Assembly: GCA_965662845.1 (NCBI GenBank)
Contig: CBFIJD010000037.1
Span: 1-29,091 of the forward strand
Direction: 5' to 3'
DNA from: an uncultured bacterium
GTDB lineage: Bacteria; SAR324; NAC60-12
Length of the DNA: 29,091 nucleotides
A program made the position numbers and the translations under genes. The notes under the pieces are model-generated. The model made no database searches, had not been told where the DNA came from, and saw only the letters and a program-made list of their open reading frames with translations. Below are positions 15,280 through 24,500 of the stretch, in pieces; position 1 is the first letter of the stretch; each line of letters begins with the position of its first letter.

Positions 15280-16284
15280 ATGCAAGCAAGCGTCGAACAG
15301 CTCCGCTCCCAAGTTCAACAACTCCTCGACAACACCCGCAATGAGCGCCAAGCCAGTCGCGAAGCCATCGTCAACGAATTGAACACTTTCCGCTCAGAGC
15401 TCCAGTCTGGAGTCATCGAGCTGCGCCAGCAGATGCAACAAGACTTGCAACAAAGGCAGCAAGACTTTCAACAAAGCTCCCAAACCGCCCGCGAGGCACG
15501 CCACGCCTTCTTGCAAAGTCTCAAAGACTCGACCGAAGCGTTCCGCCAAGCCGCCCGCGATCAAATCATGTCACAAGGCCAAACTGCCCGTGAGACACGC
15601 CACGCTTACCTCGAACAGCTGCGCCAAGACGTCCACCAACTGCAACAAAACCTGCGCGATCAACTGCAAGCGGCCAGTCAAAACTTGAGCGAGGAAGCCG
15701 AAAACCAACGCACCGAAAGACGCGAATACATTGAGAGCCTGCGCGATCAGATCACCGAAGCCTTGAGCCGCGTCCAAGCCGACCTGCAGCAAATGCAGGC
15801 ACAGTTGCAAGCCGACGGCGACGCAGCGCGCTCTACACGCGCTCAGTTTGTCTCCGACCTGCAAGCCCAAGTGCAGGACTTCCGCACACGCACCCGACAA
15901 GAACTCGCAGAGACCGCGCGGGCTGGACGCGAGAGCCGTCGAGCTTTTTTAGAAGCGCTCCGCTCGGGCAAGAGCCCCACAGGCGCCCCTGTCGCAGAAG
16001 CGGCCGCGCCGACTCCGACTCCCACTTTGGTCAGCGAAGAGCCGCCTGCAGCACCCGCTTCCGAAGAACCCGCAGCCTCGGCAGAAGCCCCTGTTGCAGC
16101 GCCGCCTGCGGCCCCTGCGACAGAAGCCTCGCCCGCTGAGACCCGTGAAGCGGCCGCGCTGCGCCGACGTCGCATGCTCGCCGCTCAACGCGCCCGCACC
16201 ACCGAAGGCCAAACGCCTCGCAAAACGCTGAAAGTGGCCTCCGAAAGCCCCACCGAGAAACTGGACTCAAACGACCAGTTCTAA
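15280..16284 (+). CDS. gvpC: GvpC-like repeat protein (paralog 1) with Ala/Pro/Glu-rich C-terminal tail
   Basis: Position immediately after gvpA. Six repeats of motif R..R..(F/Y)(L/V/I)..L with spacings 47-33-40-40-33 aa (33-aa units with heptad insertions), as in GvpC. Glutamine-rich helical composition. The C-terminal ~100 aa are low-complexity A/P/E. Confidence 0.6.
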   Translation: MQASVEQLRSQVQQLLDNTRNERQASREAIVNELNTFRSELQSGVIELRQQMQQDLQQRQQDFQQSSQTAREARHAFLQSLKDSTEAFRQAARDQIMSQGQTARETRHAYLEQLRQDVHQLQQNLRDQLQAASQNLSEEAENQRTERREYIESLRDQITEALSRVQADLQQMQAQLQADGDAARSTRAQFVSDLQAQVQDFRTRTRQELAETARAGRESRRAFLEALRSGKSPTGAPVAEAAAPTPTPTLVSEEPPAAPASEEPAASAEAPVAAPPAAPATEASPAETREAAALRRRRMLAAQRARTTEGQTPRKTLKVASESPTEKLDSNDQF

Positions 16285-16295
16285 ATTAGGAGCGG

Positions 16296-17198
16296 ATGAC
16301 CGAAAACCTACACCTCGAAACGGGCGAAAGCTTCGTTAATAGCGCATCTGTCGAAGACTTAACGGAGCGCGCGCTGGCCTACCTCCAAGTCGGCTACCCT
16401 GTGCATTTCGCAGGCCCCGCTGGAACCGGCAAAACCACCCTCGCCTTCCACCTCGCCGCTCAGCTGGGGCGCCCCATCACCTTGATTCATGGCAACGACG
16501 AGTTCGGGACCTCCGATCTTGTAGGTGACAACGTCGGCTTCAAAAGCAACCGAATTGTCGACAATTACGTCCACTCCGTTGTGCGCACCCAAGAAGAAGT
16601 GCAGGAACTCTGGGTAGACGACCGCTTGACGCAAGCTTGCGTCCGTGGGGAAACGCTGATTTACGACGAGTTCAACCGCTCACGCCCCGAGGCCAATAAC
16701 GTGTTCTTGAGCGTGCTCGGAGAAGGTGTCTTGAACCTGCCCAAGCGGCGCGACACAGAGAAGAGCAGCTACGTGGTGGTTCACCCTGAATTTCACGTCA
16801 TTTTCACATCAAACCCTGAAGAATACGCCGGAACACACAAGACGCAGGATGCTCTCGGAGACCGCATGATCACCATCGAGTTGCAGCACCCTGATCGACA
16901 GACCGAGGTGGGCATTGTCGTCGCCAAGTCTGGCCTCAAAGAAGCAGACTCTGCAAAAATTGTGGATCTGGTCCGCGAAGTGCGTGAGTTGAGCCCGAAC
17001 AAATTGCGCCCAACCATGCGCTCTTCCATCGCCATTGCCAAAGTGATCCAGCATCAAAAACGTCGTGTCCGCTCCAGCGACCTCTTCTTCCGCAAAGTGT
17101 GCTATGACCTCTTGCACGCCGACATTGCGAAGGTCAAACGCGGCGGATCTACCATCCCCAGTCATGAAATTGACGAAATCATCGACCGTATCTTCTGA
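16296..17198 (+). CDS. gvpN: Gas vesicle protein GvpN (AAA+ ATPase), copy 1
   Basis: Walker A GPAGTGKTTLA, Walker B LIYDEFNRS. Full-length match to GvpN/CbbQ-like AAA+ proteins. Confidence 0.92.
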   Translation: MTENLHLETGESFVNSASVEDLTERALAYLQVGYPVHFAGPAGTGKTTLAFHLAAQLGRPITLIHGNDEFGTSDLVGDNVGFKSNRIVDNYVHSVVRTQEEVQELWVDDRLTQACVRGETLIYDEFNRSRPEANNVFLSVLGEGVLNLPKRRDTEKSSYVVVHPEFHVIFTSNPEEYAGTHKTQDALGDRMITIELQHPDRQTEVGIVVAKSGLKEADSAKIVDLVREVRELSPNKLRPTMRSSIAIAKVIQHQKRRVRSSDLFFRKVCYDLLHADIAKVKRGGSTIPSHEIDEIIDRIF

Positions 17199-17284
17199 AG
17201 ATCACGTGTCCGTCCAACGAGACTGGGCTCGTTCTTCCAGCCTCTCGCACGAAGTATTCTCTCAACGCTGTCCTCAAAGGTCGC

Positions 17285-18451
17285 ATGCCAGCCAGCCTTG
17301 AACAAATTCGCGCCGAAGTGCAACAGCTCCTCGAGACGCATCGCAGCGAACGCCAAGCCACACGCGAGGAGGTCTTTGGACAACTGCAAAGCTTTCGCAA
17401 AACGCTGAAGACTAGCATCGTCCACAAGCGCAATGCGATGCAGCAAGCGCGAGAGACCAGCGCCGCAGATGCGAGAGCAGCCCGCCAGCAATTTGTGCAC
17501 AATCTGAAATCCGACGCCGAACAACGACGTCAGACCGTGCGTCAACGTCTGGGAGACCTCGGCATACAGTCCCGTCAAGCGCGCCAAGAATTTCAAGTTC
17601 ACCTCCAAAAAGAAGTCCGTAACCTGCAAGGGCAAATGCGCCACAAGCTCCAAACGAACACCCAGCATCTGGCCGAATGCGCGGAAGCCGATCGTACGGA
17701 ACGGCAACAATTTGTGCAGAACTTACGCGGCAATGTGCGAGATTTGCTTGCTTCGGTTCAAACAGAAAATCAGCAAGCCCACGCCCAACTCCAAGTTGTC
17801 AGCAGAGAGGCTCAAAATGAGCGAGCGCAGTTTGTGGCAAACTTGAGCACCAACGTCAGCGCATTCCGGCAAAAAGTGCGGCAAGAGCTGCAGGACTCGG
17901 CGAAGCGTGCTCGCAAACAACGCCAAGAGTTTCGTGAAAATTTACGCAACCCAACTCCCATCGTGGAAAATACCTCGCTTGCGCTGACGCCTTCAGAATC
18001 ACAGCTCAGCCCTACAAAGGATGACCTCCCGCTAGAAAAGCGCGAAGCCCCGCTCACAGATGCGTCGCTCCCCCCTCACGTTGTGGAAACCGCGCAACCT
18101 CCTACAATCGCGTCACCGGCCAAGCAGACTCGGAAGCAGCCAGCGACTCTGACATCTCGTGACCAAGCCGAGCTAGCGTCCAACGCAACCGCTCCAGAGG
18201 CGTCACCTCCCGCGTCCGTTGCCACAGCGTCCCCCAATCCGAAGCCTCGCAGCCCCACACCCACAACGGACGCCGTCACTCGACCCGCTCGACGGAGAGC
18301 TGCGGCAGGCAAGACCCCAAAGACCGCCTCGCAGCGTTCCGGCGCAGCGTCCTCCACCGAAGAGCCAGAGGCGCCGCTGTCGTCCATGACACCTCCAACT
18401 CGTCAGCTTCGTCAACAGCGCACAAGCCCTGACTCTCATGACTTTTTCTAA
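17285..18451 (+). CDS. gvpC: GvpC-like repeat protein (paralog 2) with Pro/Thr/Ser/Ala-rich C-terminal tail
   Basis: Same motif R..R.(Q)(F)(V)..L repeated six times with spacings 39-33-40-40-33, parallel to paralog 1. The N-terminus MPASLEQIRAEVQQLLETHRSERQATREEV parallels MQASVEQLRSQVQQLLDNTRNERQASREAI. A ~170-aa disordered tail follows. Confidence 0.6.
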   Translation: MPASLEQIRAEVQQLLETHRSERQATREEVFGQLQSFRKTLKTSIVHKRNAMQQARETSAADARAARQQFVHNLKSDAEQRRQTVRQRLGDLGIQSRQARQEFQVHLQKEVRNLQGQMRHKLQTNTQHLAECAEADRTERQQFVQNLRGNVRDLLASVQTENQQAHAQLQVVSREAQNERAQFVANLSTNVSAFRQKVRQELQDSAKRARKQRQEFRENLRNPTPIVENTSLALTPSESQLSPTKDDLPLEKREAPLTDASLPPHVVETAQPPTIASPAKQTRKQPATLTSRDQAELASNATAPEASPPASVATASPNPKPRSPTPTTDAVTRPARRRAAAGKTPKTASQRSGAASSTEEPEAPLSSMTPPTRQLRQQRTSPDSHDFF

Positions 18452-18457
18452 GACCGC

Positions 18458-19360
18458 ATGACCGAGAACTTACACATTGAGACGGGCGACAGCTTTGTTG
18501 ACAGCCCCTATGTTCAGGACATCACCGAACGCGCCTTGGTTTACCTGAAAGTCGGCTATCCTGTACATTTTGCCGGCCCGGCAGGCACCGGAAAAACAAC
18601 GCTCGCCTTCCACCTCGCCTCGCAGCTCGGGCGCCCGATTACGCTGATTCACGGAAATGATGAGTTTGGGACCTCCGATCTGGTCGGCGCCAACGTGGGC
18701 TTTAAGCGCCACCGCGTCGTCGACAATTATGTACACTCTGTAATGCGCACCCAAGAAGAAGTCCGCCAACTGTGGGTTGACGATCGTCTAACGCAGGCTT
18801 GTGTCAACGGCGAGACGCTGATTTATGATGAGTTCAATCGCTCGCGCCCAGAAGCCAACAACGTCTTCTTGAGTGTTCTGGGAGAAGGCATTTTGAATTT
18901 GCCGAAGCGGCGTGGCGAAGAGCAACAGAGTTACGTCGAGGTGCATCCAGACTTTCATGTGATTTTCACCTCGAATCCCGAAGAATACGCCGGCACTCAC
19001 AAGACGCAGGACGCGCTGAGTGACCGCATGATCATCATTGATCTGCACCACCCCGACCGCCACACCGAGGTTGGCATTGTCATCGCCAAAGCGCGCCTCC
19101 CCACAGAAGACGCAGAGAAAATCGTGAACATCGTCCGCGAGGTGCGCGAGCTGAGCCCACACAAACTCCGACCGACCATGCGCTCTTCCATCGCCATCGC
19201 CAAGGTCATCGCTCACCAAAAGCGTCAGGTCTCCTCTAAAGATCTCTTCTTCCGCAAAGTATGCTATGACATCTTGCAAGCCGACATTGCACGAGTGAAG
19301 CGCGATGGCGACCCGATTGAAAATCACGAACTCGACGAAATTATTGCACGATACTGCTAA
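18458..19360 (+). CDS. gvpN: Gas vesicle protein GvpN (AAA+ ATPase), copy 2
   Basis: ~80% aa identity to copy 1 over the full length, with identical Walker motifs. Nucleotide divergence is concentrated at third codon positions. Confidence 0.92.
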   Translation: MTENLHIETGDSFVDSPYVQDITERALVYLKVGYPVHFAGPAGTGKTTLAFHLASQLGRPITLIHGNDEFGTSDLVGANVGFKRHRVVDNYVHSVMRTQEEVRQLWVDDRLTQACVNGETLIYDEFNRSRPEANNVFLSVLGEGILNLPKRRGEEQQSYVEVHPDFHVIFTSNPEEYAGTHKTQDALSDRMIIIDLHHPDRHTEVGIVIAKARLPTEDAEKIVNIVREVRELSPHKLRPTMRSSIAIAKVIAHQKRQVSSKDLFFRKVCYDILQADIARVKRDGDPIENHELDEIIARYC

Positions 19361-19394
19361 GCTCCGTCATCACGGCAACACATAGGGAGGCATC

Positions 19395-19688
19395 ATGGCT
19401 CAACGCAAAGGAATGCGCGATATCCTGACTCACGGGCAACAACGCGGCGCCCAAACGCACAACGGCAACACCGCCTATTTGCGTCTGTATTCCTTGGAGA
19501 TGGAACGGACTCGCTTGAGTAAAGAAAAAGAAGCCTTGCTGATCCATCTGAAATCGATTGAAAAGCGCGAGTCCACCATCCTGGAAGAACAAAAGAAACT
19601 TCGTCAAAAAATCGAGCTGTGGCATGACGAAGCCGAGCAGCAATCCGCTGCCGTCGAAGCCGAGAACAGCTTTAAGATTCGATACTAA
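19395..19688 (+). CDS. Small charged coiled-coil protein, possible GvpG-like accessory gas vesicle protein
   Basis: 97 aa, in-operon position between gvpN and gvpF/L. Central charged helix LEMERTRLSKEKEALLIHLKSIEKRESTILEEQKKLRQKIE resembles GvpG-type proteins in composition. The assignment is tentative. Confidence 0.4.
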   Translation: MAQRKGMRDILTHGQQRGAQTHNGNTAYLRLYSLEMERTRLSKEKEALLIHLKSIEKRESTILEEQKKLRQKIELWHDEAEQQSAAVEAENSFKIRY

Positions 19689-19702
19689 CAACAAGGAACG
19701 TT

Positions 19703-20449
19703 GTGGCTGGAAAATATCTGTATGCCATCGTAGCAGGCAACCAAATCACTTTACCTGAGAGCGCCGGCATCGAAGACCAAGCGCTCGAAATACTCGGCAC
19801 GGAACATCTCGCCATCGTCGTCAGTGAAACCAACGCAACGCAGCTGCGCCCTCAACGCAAGCACCTCGCGCGACACCAAGAAGTGCTCGCTGGGCTCCTC
19901 AAACAGGGGGCGACGCCACTGCCGATGAAATTTGGCATGATCGCCGATTCCGCTGGGTCGGTAGAACGTCTGCTAGAAGCCAACGCAGCGACCTTGCAAA
20001 CACAGCTCGACCGCGTCGTAGGTCAAGTGGAAATGGGACTGCGCGTCGTGCTCGAAGTCCCCAATGTGTTCGAGTTCTTCGTCGGCAAATATGAGACTCT
20101 GGGGAAACTGCGCGATCAGTTCTTCAACGATCGTCAACCCAACCAAGACGAGATGATTCACCTAGGGCGCGAGTTCGAGAAAGCGCTCACCTCCGAACGA
20201 GAGCGAGCCCTCGAGCAAGTCGAGCAACGGCTCAGGCCCCACTGCACGCAAATCCAGAGCAACGACTGCCGCGACGAGCGAGAGATTGTGCATGTGGCCT
20301 GCTTGATCCCGCGCGAGGCAGAGTCCCAGTTTGAGCAATGGGTGATTGAGGCCGCCCGCCCCTTCGACCAAAACTATACCTTTGACTTCAACGGTCCGTG
20401 GTGTCCGCACAACTTTGTGCAGCTAGATCTGGAAGCTCCCACTGGATAA
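19703..20449 (+). CDS. gvpF: Gas vesicle protein GvpF/GvpL family
   Basis: N-terminal YLYAIV and overall length/pattern of the GvpF/L family. GTG start with AAGGAA SD 6 nt upstream. Confidence 0.85.
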   Translation: MAGKYLYAIVAGNQITLPESAGIEDQALEILGTEHLAIVVSETNATQLRPQRKHLARHQEVLAGLLKQGATPLPMKFGMIADSAGSVERLLEANAATLQTQLDRVVGQVEMGLRVVLEVPNVFEFFVGKYETLGKLRDQFFNDRQPNQDEMIHLGREFEKALTSERERALEQVEQRLRPHCTQIQSNDCRDEREIVHVACLIPREAESQFEQWVIEAARPFDQNYTFDFNGPWCPHNFVQLDLEAPTG

Positions 20450-20458
20450 AACACGCTG

Positions 20459-20713
20459 ATGGATGACGAAGCCCTGCTGCAAAAAATCACCCTCTGTGAA
20501 GTGCTAGACCGCGTGCTCAACAAAGGGGTCGTGCTCGCCGGAGAAGCCACGATCTCGGTGGCAAACGTCGAGCTGCTCTATCTAGACCTGCGCCTCTTGG
20601 TTTGTTCCTCCGCTACCAAACATCGAGTCAAGCATGACGATCAATCCGACGCCCATTCAAACCGAAACGCCCGAAGCGTTCCGCCAAGTGCTGCGGCCCC
20701 CCGAGTGGAATGA
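20459..20713 (+). CDS. GvpA/GvpJ-family minor gas vesicle protein (GvpM/GvpS-like)
   Basis: LCEVLDRVLNKGVVLAGEATISVANVELLYLDLRLLVCSSAT is the GvpA-fold core. Its 3' 80 nt overlap gvpK out of frame. Confidence 0.75.
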   Translation: MDDEALLQKITLCEVLDRVLNKGVVLAGEATISVANVELLYLDLRLLVCSSATKHRVKHDDQSDAHSNRNARSVPPSAAAPRVE

Positions 20714-20972
20714 GAACCTCAACCTGAACGCGAGCAACGCCCCCAATGGGCTCGCCCAGCTCGTCTTGACCTTGATTCAACTCCTGCATGACTTGCTGGA
20801 GCGACAGGCGCTGCAGCGTATGGACGCAGGCCAGCTCACCGACGCACAAATTGAAGAAGTCGGCACCACCCTGATGCGTCAAGCAGAAGAGATCGAGCGT
20901 CTCTGCGAACTGTGTGGTCTCACGCCCGCCGATCTGAATCTTGACCTTGGTCCCTTGGGATCTCTGCGCTAG
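20634..20972 (+). CDS. gvpK: Gas vesicle protein GvpK
   Basis: GLAQLVLTLIQLLHDLLERQALQRMDAGQLTDAQIEEVGTTLMRQAEEIERLCELCGL matches the conserved GvpK core. Confidence 0.85.
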   Translation: MTINPTPIQTETPEAFRQVLRPPEWNENLNLNASNAPNGLAQLVLTLIQLLHDLLERQALQRMDAGQLTDAQIEEVGTTLMRQAEEIERLCELCGLTPADLNLDLGPLGSLR

Positions 20973-20981
20973 GAGCCCTTT

Positions 20982-21281
20982 TTGTCGATTCACCACAACA
21001 CCTCCTCCACCAATCTCGCCGATCTCTTAGAACGAGTCCTCGACAAGGGAATCGTGATCAGCGGCGATATTCGGGTCAAAATTGTAGACATTGAGTTGCT
21101 GACCATTGAGCTCCGCCTGATCATTTGCTCCGTCGATAAGGCCCGTGAAATCGGCTTGGATTGGTGGAGTTTTACCGGGAAGCAGCCGTCTCCAGAGCTG
21201 CAAAGCTCGGTACAACGCCTCGAAGAGCGACTGGAACGCATGGAGCGGTTGCTCACCCAACAAGCTCAGGACGACAAATAG
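20982..21281 (+). CDS. gvpJ: Gas vesicle protein GvpJ
   Basis: [51 protein letters not shown] is the GvpJ/GvpA-family core. TTG start with perfect AGGAG SD 6 nt upstream, directly after the gvpK stop. Confidence 0.85.
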   Translation: MSIHHNTSSTNLADLLERVLDKGIVISGDIRVKIVDIELLTIELRLIICSVDKAREIGLDWWSFTGKQPSPELQSSVQRLEERLERMERLLTQQAQDDK

Positions 21282-21511
21282 TTTGGGAATGCAAGCTGAC
21301 ACGGACTGAACGCTTGCGCCGCAGTCACCCCCAGCGCACCTTTGTTGCCCCAGCCTGTGCTAGGGCGCGCCCGCTTCCACACTCGCCTGATCGCCCCTCT
21401 CCCACACAAACCACCTGCGCTCCGCCGGAAAATAAGCTATTGTCAGACGGTCTTACATTTGCAGCTTGAAAGTGTGCATTTCGTTTTTCAGACCTTTCTC
21501 CAGACAAGCTT

Positions 21512-24500
21512 ATGAATTGGCATCAACGCTGGAAACTCCTTTGGCTCGGAGTGTTGCTGGCCTCGGCGCAGGGAGCGTCTGCGGCAACGTGTGGCCTTCC
21601 TGCCGGACTCTCAGAAGATCAACAGTTTGCCTTCGCTGAGCGCATGGTCGCAGATGGCTTGCTCACAAGCGCCCGTGACTATTTGAGTTGTTACCGCGCG
21701 AGCGAACCTAACGGCCAATTCCGCTCTCAGGCCATGCAGCTGGAAGGAGAGGTTCTGATGCGCATGGGCGAGGAATATTGGTCGCAAGCGTTTGTGGTGT
21801 TTGAAGAGTGGCTGCGCGAACATCCAGAGCACCCTGCCGCGCCCTCCATTCGCCTGAAGCTGGGCAACATCCACTTCCGCTTTGGGCGAATGCAATCCAC
21901 CGAAGAAGCCCTCGAACCCATCCCAGCTTCGGCGGAAGAGTATGCGCAAGCGCGCTTTTTGATGGGGCAAGCCGTCTTCCGCCGCTCCGTCTCGTATCGC
22001 CAGAAAAACGCCCCCACGCAGGCCGATCAACTCGCCGCCGCCGCCGCCAGCTATCTGGAAGTCGCCCTGCAGGGGGAACTCAACCCCGCGCAGCAGCTTG
22101 AGGCCCACTATCAAGCGGGCTACGCGCGCTATGTGTTGCAGCAATATGAGCAGGTTCCGCCACACTGGGAGAGCTACCTTGCCCAAGCCGAGGCGAGCCC
22201 GCAGCGAGAAGAGACGCGCTATCTCTTAGCCTCGGCGCATCGCCGCTTGGAGCAGTGGCCGCAAGCCGAGCAACGCTATGGCGAGGTGGCCGTCACCACA
22301 CAAGAGATCTCGGCAACGAACCAGAATTTGGCGAAATTTTGGTGGGGCGAGGCCGCGTTTCAGCGAGGCTTGGCTGAAGTGCGCCAGAGCGAGGCGAGTG
22401 AACTCAACCCCAGCTTTGCCAAGGAGTTGACTCCACGCTACGAGAGCTATCTGGCGACTGAAGAGGCCACCTATCGCCCCCTCGCAGCCTTTCGGCTCGG
22501 CGTGCTCTATTCGGCAGCAGAGCAACCGCAGGAGGCCATCGCGGCTTATGAGCGCTACTTGGAAACCCGCGATGAAGCCTATCGCCAAGCAGCGCACTAT
22601 CAACTGGGGGTCCTGCACGCCCAGCAGAATGAACCCCGCGCCGCGATTAAGCACTTAGAGCCCCTGCAAGACGTCCCCACCTATCGTCGTGACCCCGCCT
22701 TCTGGAACTTGATGGCGCAGCAATACGCGGCCATTCCCGATGAACCCCGCTTGGAGAGCTTGCTCTTAGCGGCGTCAGAAGCGCCGGAGTTTTCGCGGCG
22801 CACACGCCTCCAGTTTTTGCTGCGGCTCACCACACGGCAGTATCAAGCGCGCCGCTGTCTGGACCTGCTAGACACGCTGGTGCGATACGACGAACCCGCC
22901 GACATTCCCGAAGCACAACAGCTCTATCAACAGCGTGGCAGCTGCTTTTATCTGGAGAAAAAGTGGGCTTTGGCCCGCAAAGATTTGCAGCGCGTTCGCC
23001 ACGTTCCAGCCTATCGCCCCACGATCTTCCGCAGTTTGGTCGCGATCAACCGTCAATTGGAAGACGGCCCAGCGTTGCAGGAGACCCTCGCTTGGGGCGC
23101 CGAACCCGAAGTCTTGCTGCGCGACGCCGATTGGCAGCTGTGGGTCGAAGAGCTGCGCAAACAAGAAGACTGGGAAGCCCTACTGACGGTCTATGCTCGT
23201 TGGGACAGCCGCGCCGATGCCACGCTGAGAGAGCGCCCCGAGCACTTGTTGCAGTGGGCCCGAGCCCATCGGCAAGTCGGACAAACCACCGAAGAAGCAC
23301 GCCTGCTAGAAGACGTCCTCTTTTTGCTGCCTGAACAACCGGACGCGCTGCGAGAACAGACCGTTGGGCGGCTGGCGACCCTCTATCAAGAGCAAGATCG
23401 GGTCGCTGACATTCCCAAACTCTACCAAATCCACCTGCTGGCACTCTTGCCGGAAGAGGCTCCCAAATATCGAGATTATGCCTTGTATCTTGGTGAGCTG
23501 TACCAGCGGCAACTCAACAACGAAGACCAAGCCCTCCCGTGGCTCGAAGAAGCGGATCGGGGAGGCCAGACGCCCACAGAAGTGCGCGCTGCGCTCTTGC
23601 GAGCCGGCATTCATCAACAACGCGGTGAGACCGACTTGGCGCTCCCGATTTGGCGACGCCTGAGCCTGCAGCAAGCCGATGCGTCAGCGCAGTTTCTGGC
23701 GACCTACCGACTGGCCACCCTGCTCGCGGAGCGCAAGCAATGGGACGAAGCGCTGCAACAGTTTGAGGAGGTCTCGCGACTGCCGGCGCCCCGCGACCAA
23801 GACCTTGCCATGCAACAGGACGCCGCAACCCGCGCCACAGAGATCCGACAGTTCGTGTTTCAACGTGACTTGAAAGATCAACTAGAGCGGAGAGATTGGC
23901 CCGCTGTCAGCACACACATCCGCACCCACTGGGAACAGGGCCTCGTCCAACTAACCCCCGCGTTACTCCAAACTTGGGTGCACGCCGAGCAGCAGCAAGC
24001 GCGTTGGCAAGGCGTCCTAACCGTCTACAACGATGTTCAGAAGAGAGAGCCCCAGCGGGCTCTGACAACCGATGACCTCATCTGGCAAGGCGAAGCCCAC
24101 GAACAGCTGAAGCAGCCGCGTGAGGCGGTCGCGTTCTATGAGCGGGCTCTGAAAGAGCTGCCGGCTGACGACGAACGCCGACCTCGCGTCTCAGCTCGTC
24201 TGGTTCGTTTATATGAGGCTAGCGAAGACCATGAGAAGCAGCTCCAGCTCTACGAGCGCCTCTATGCTGAGACGAACCGTGCCGCAGAGAAACAACAATA
24301 TGCGCTGCGCGCAGGGATTCTCAGCTTGCAGAAACTCCAAAACGAACGCCGTGGCGCCGAATGGCTCAGCAAAGTCGATCAAGGGGGAACTTCGGATGTC
24401 GAACTACAGTCCGCGCTGTTGCTAACAGAACTCGACCAAAACAACGAGAATTACGCCATCGCCTTAGAGCGTTTGCAGCAGTTCGAGCAACGCGAGGTGC

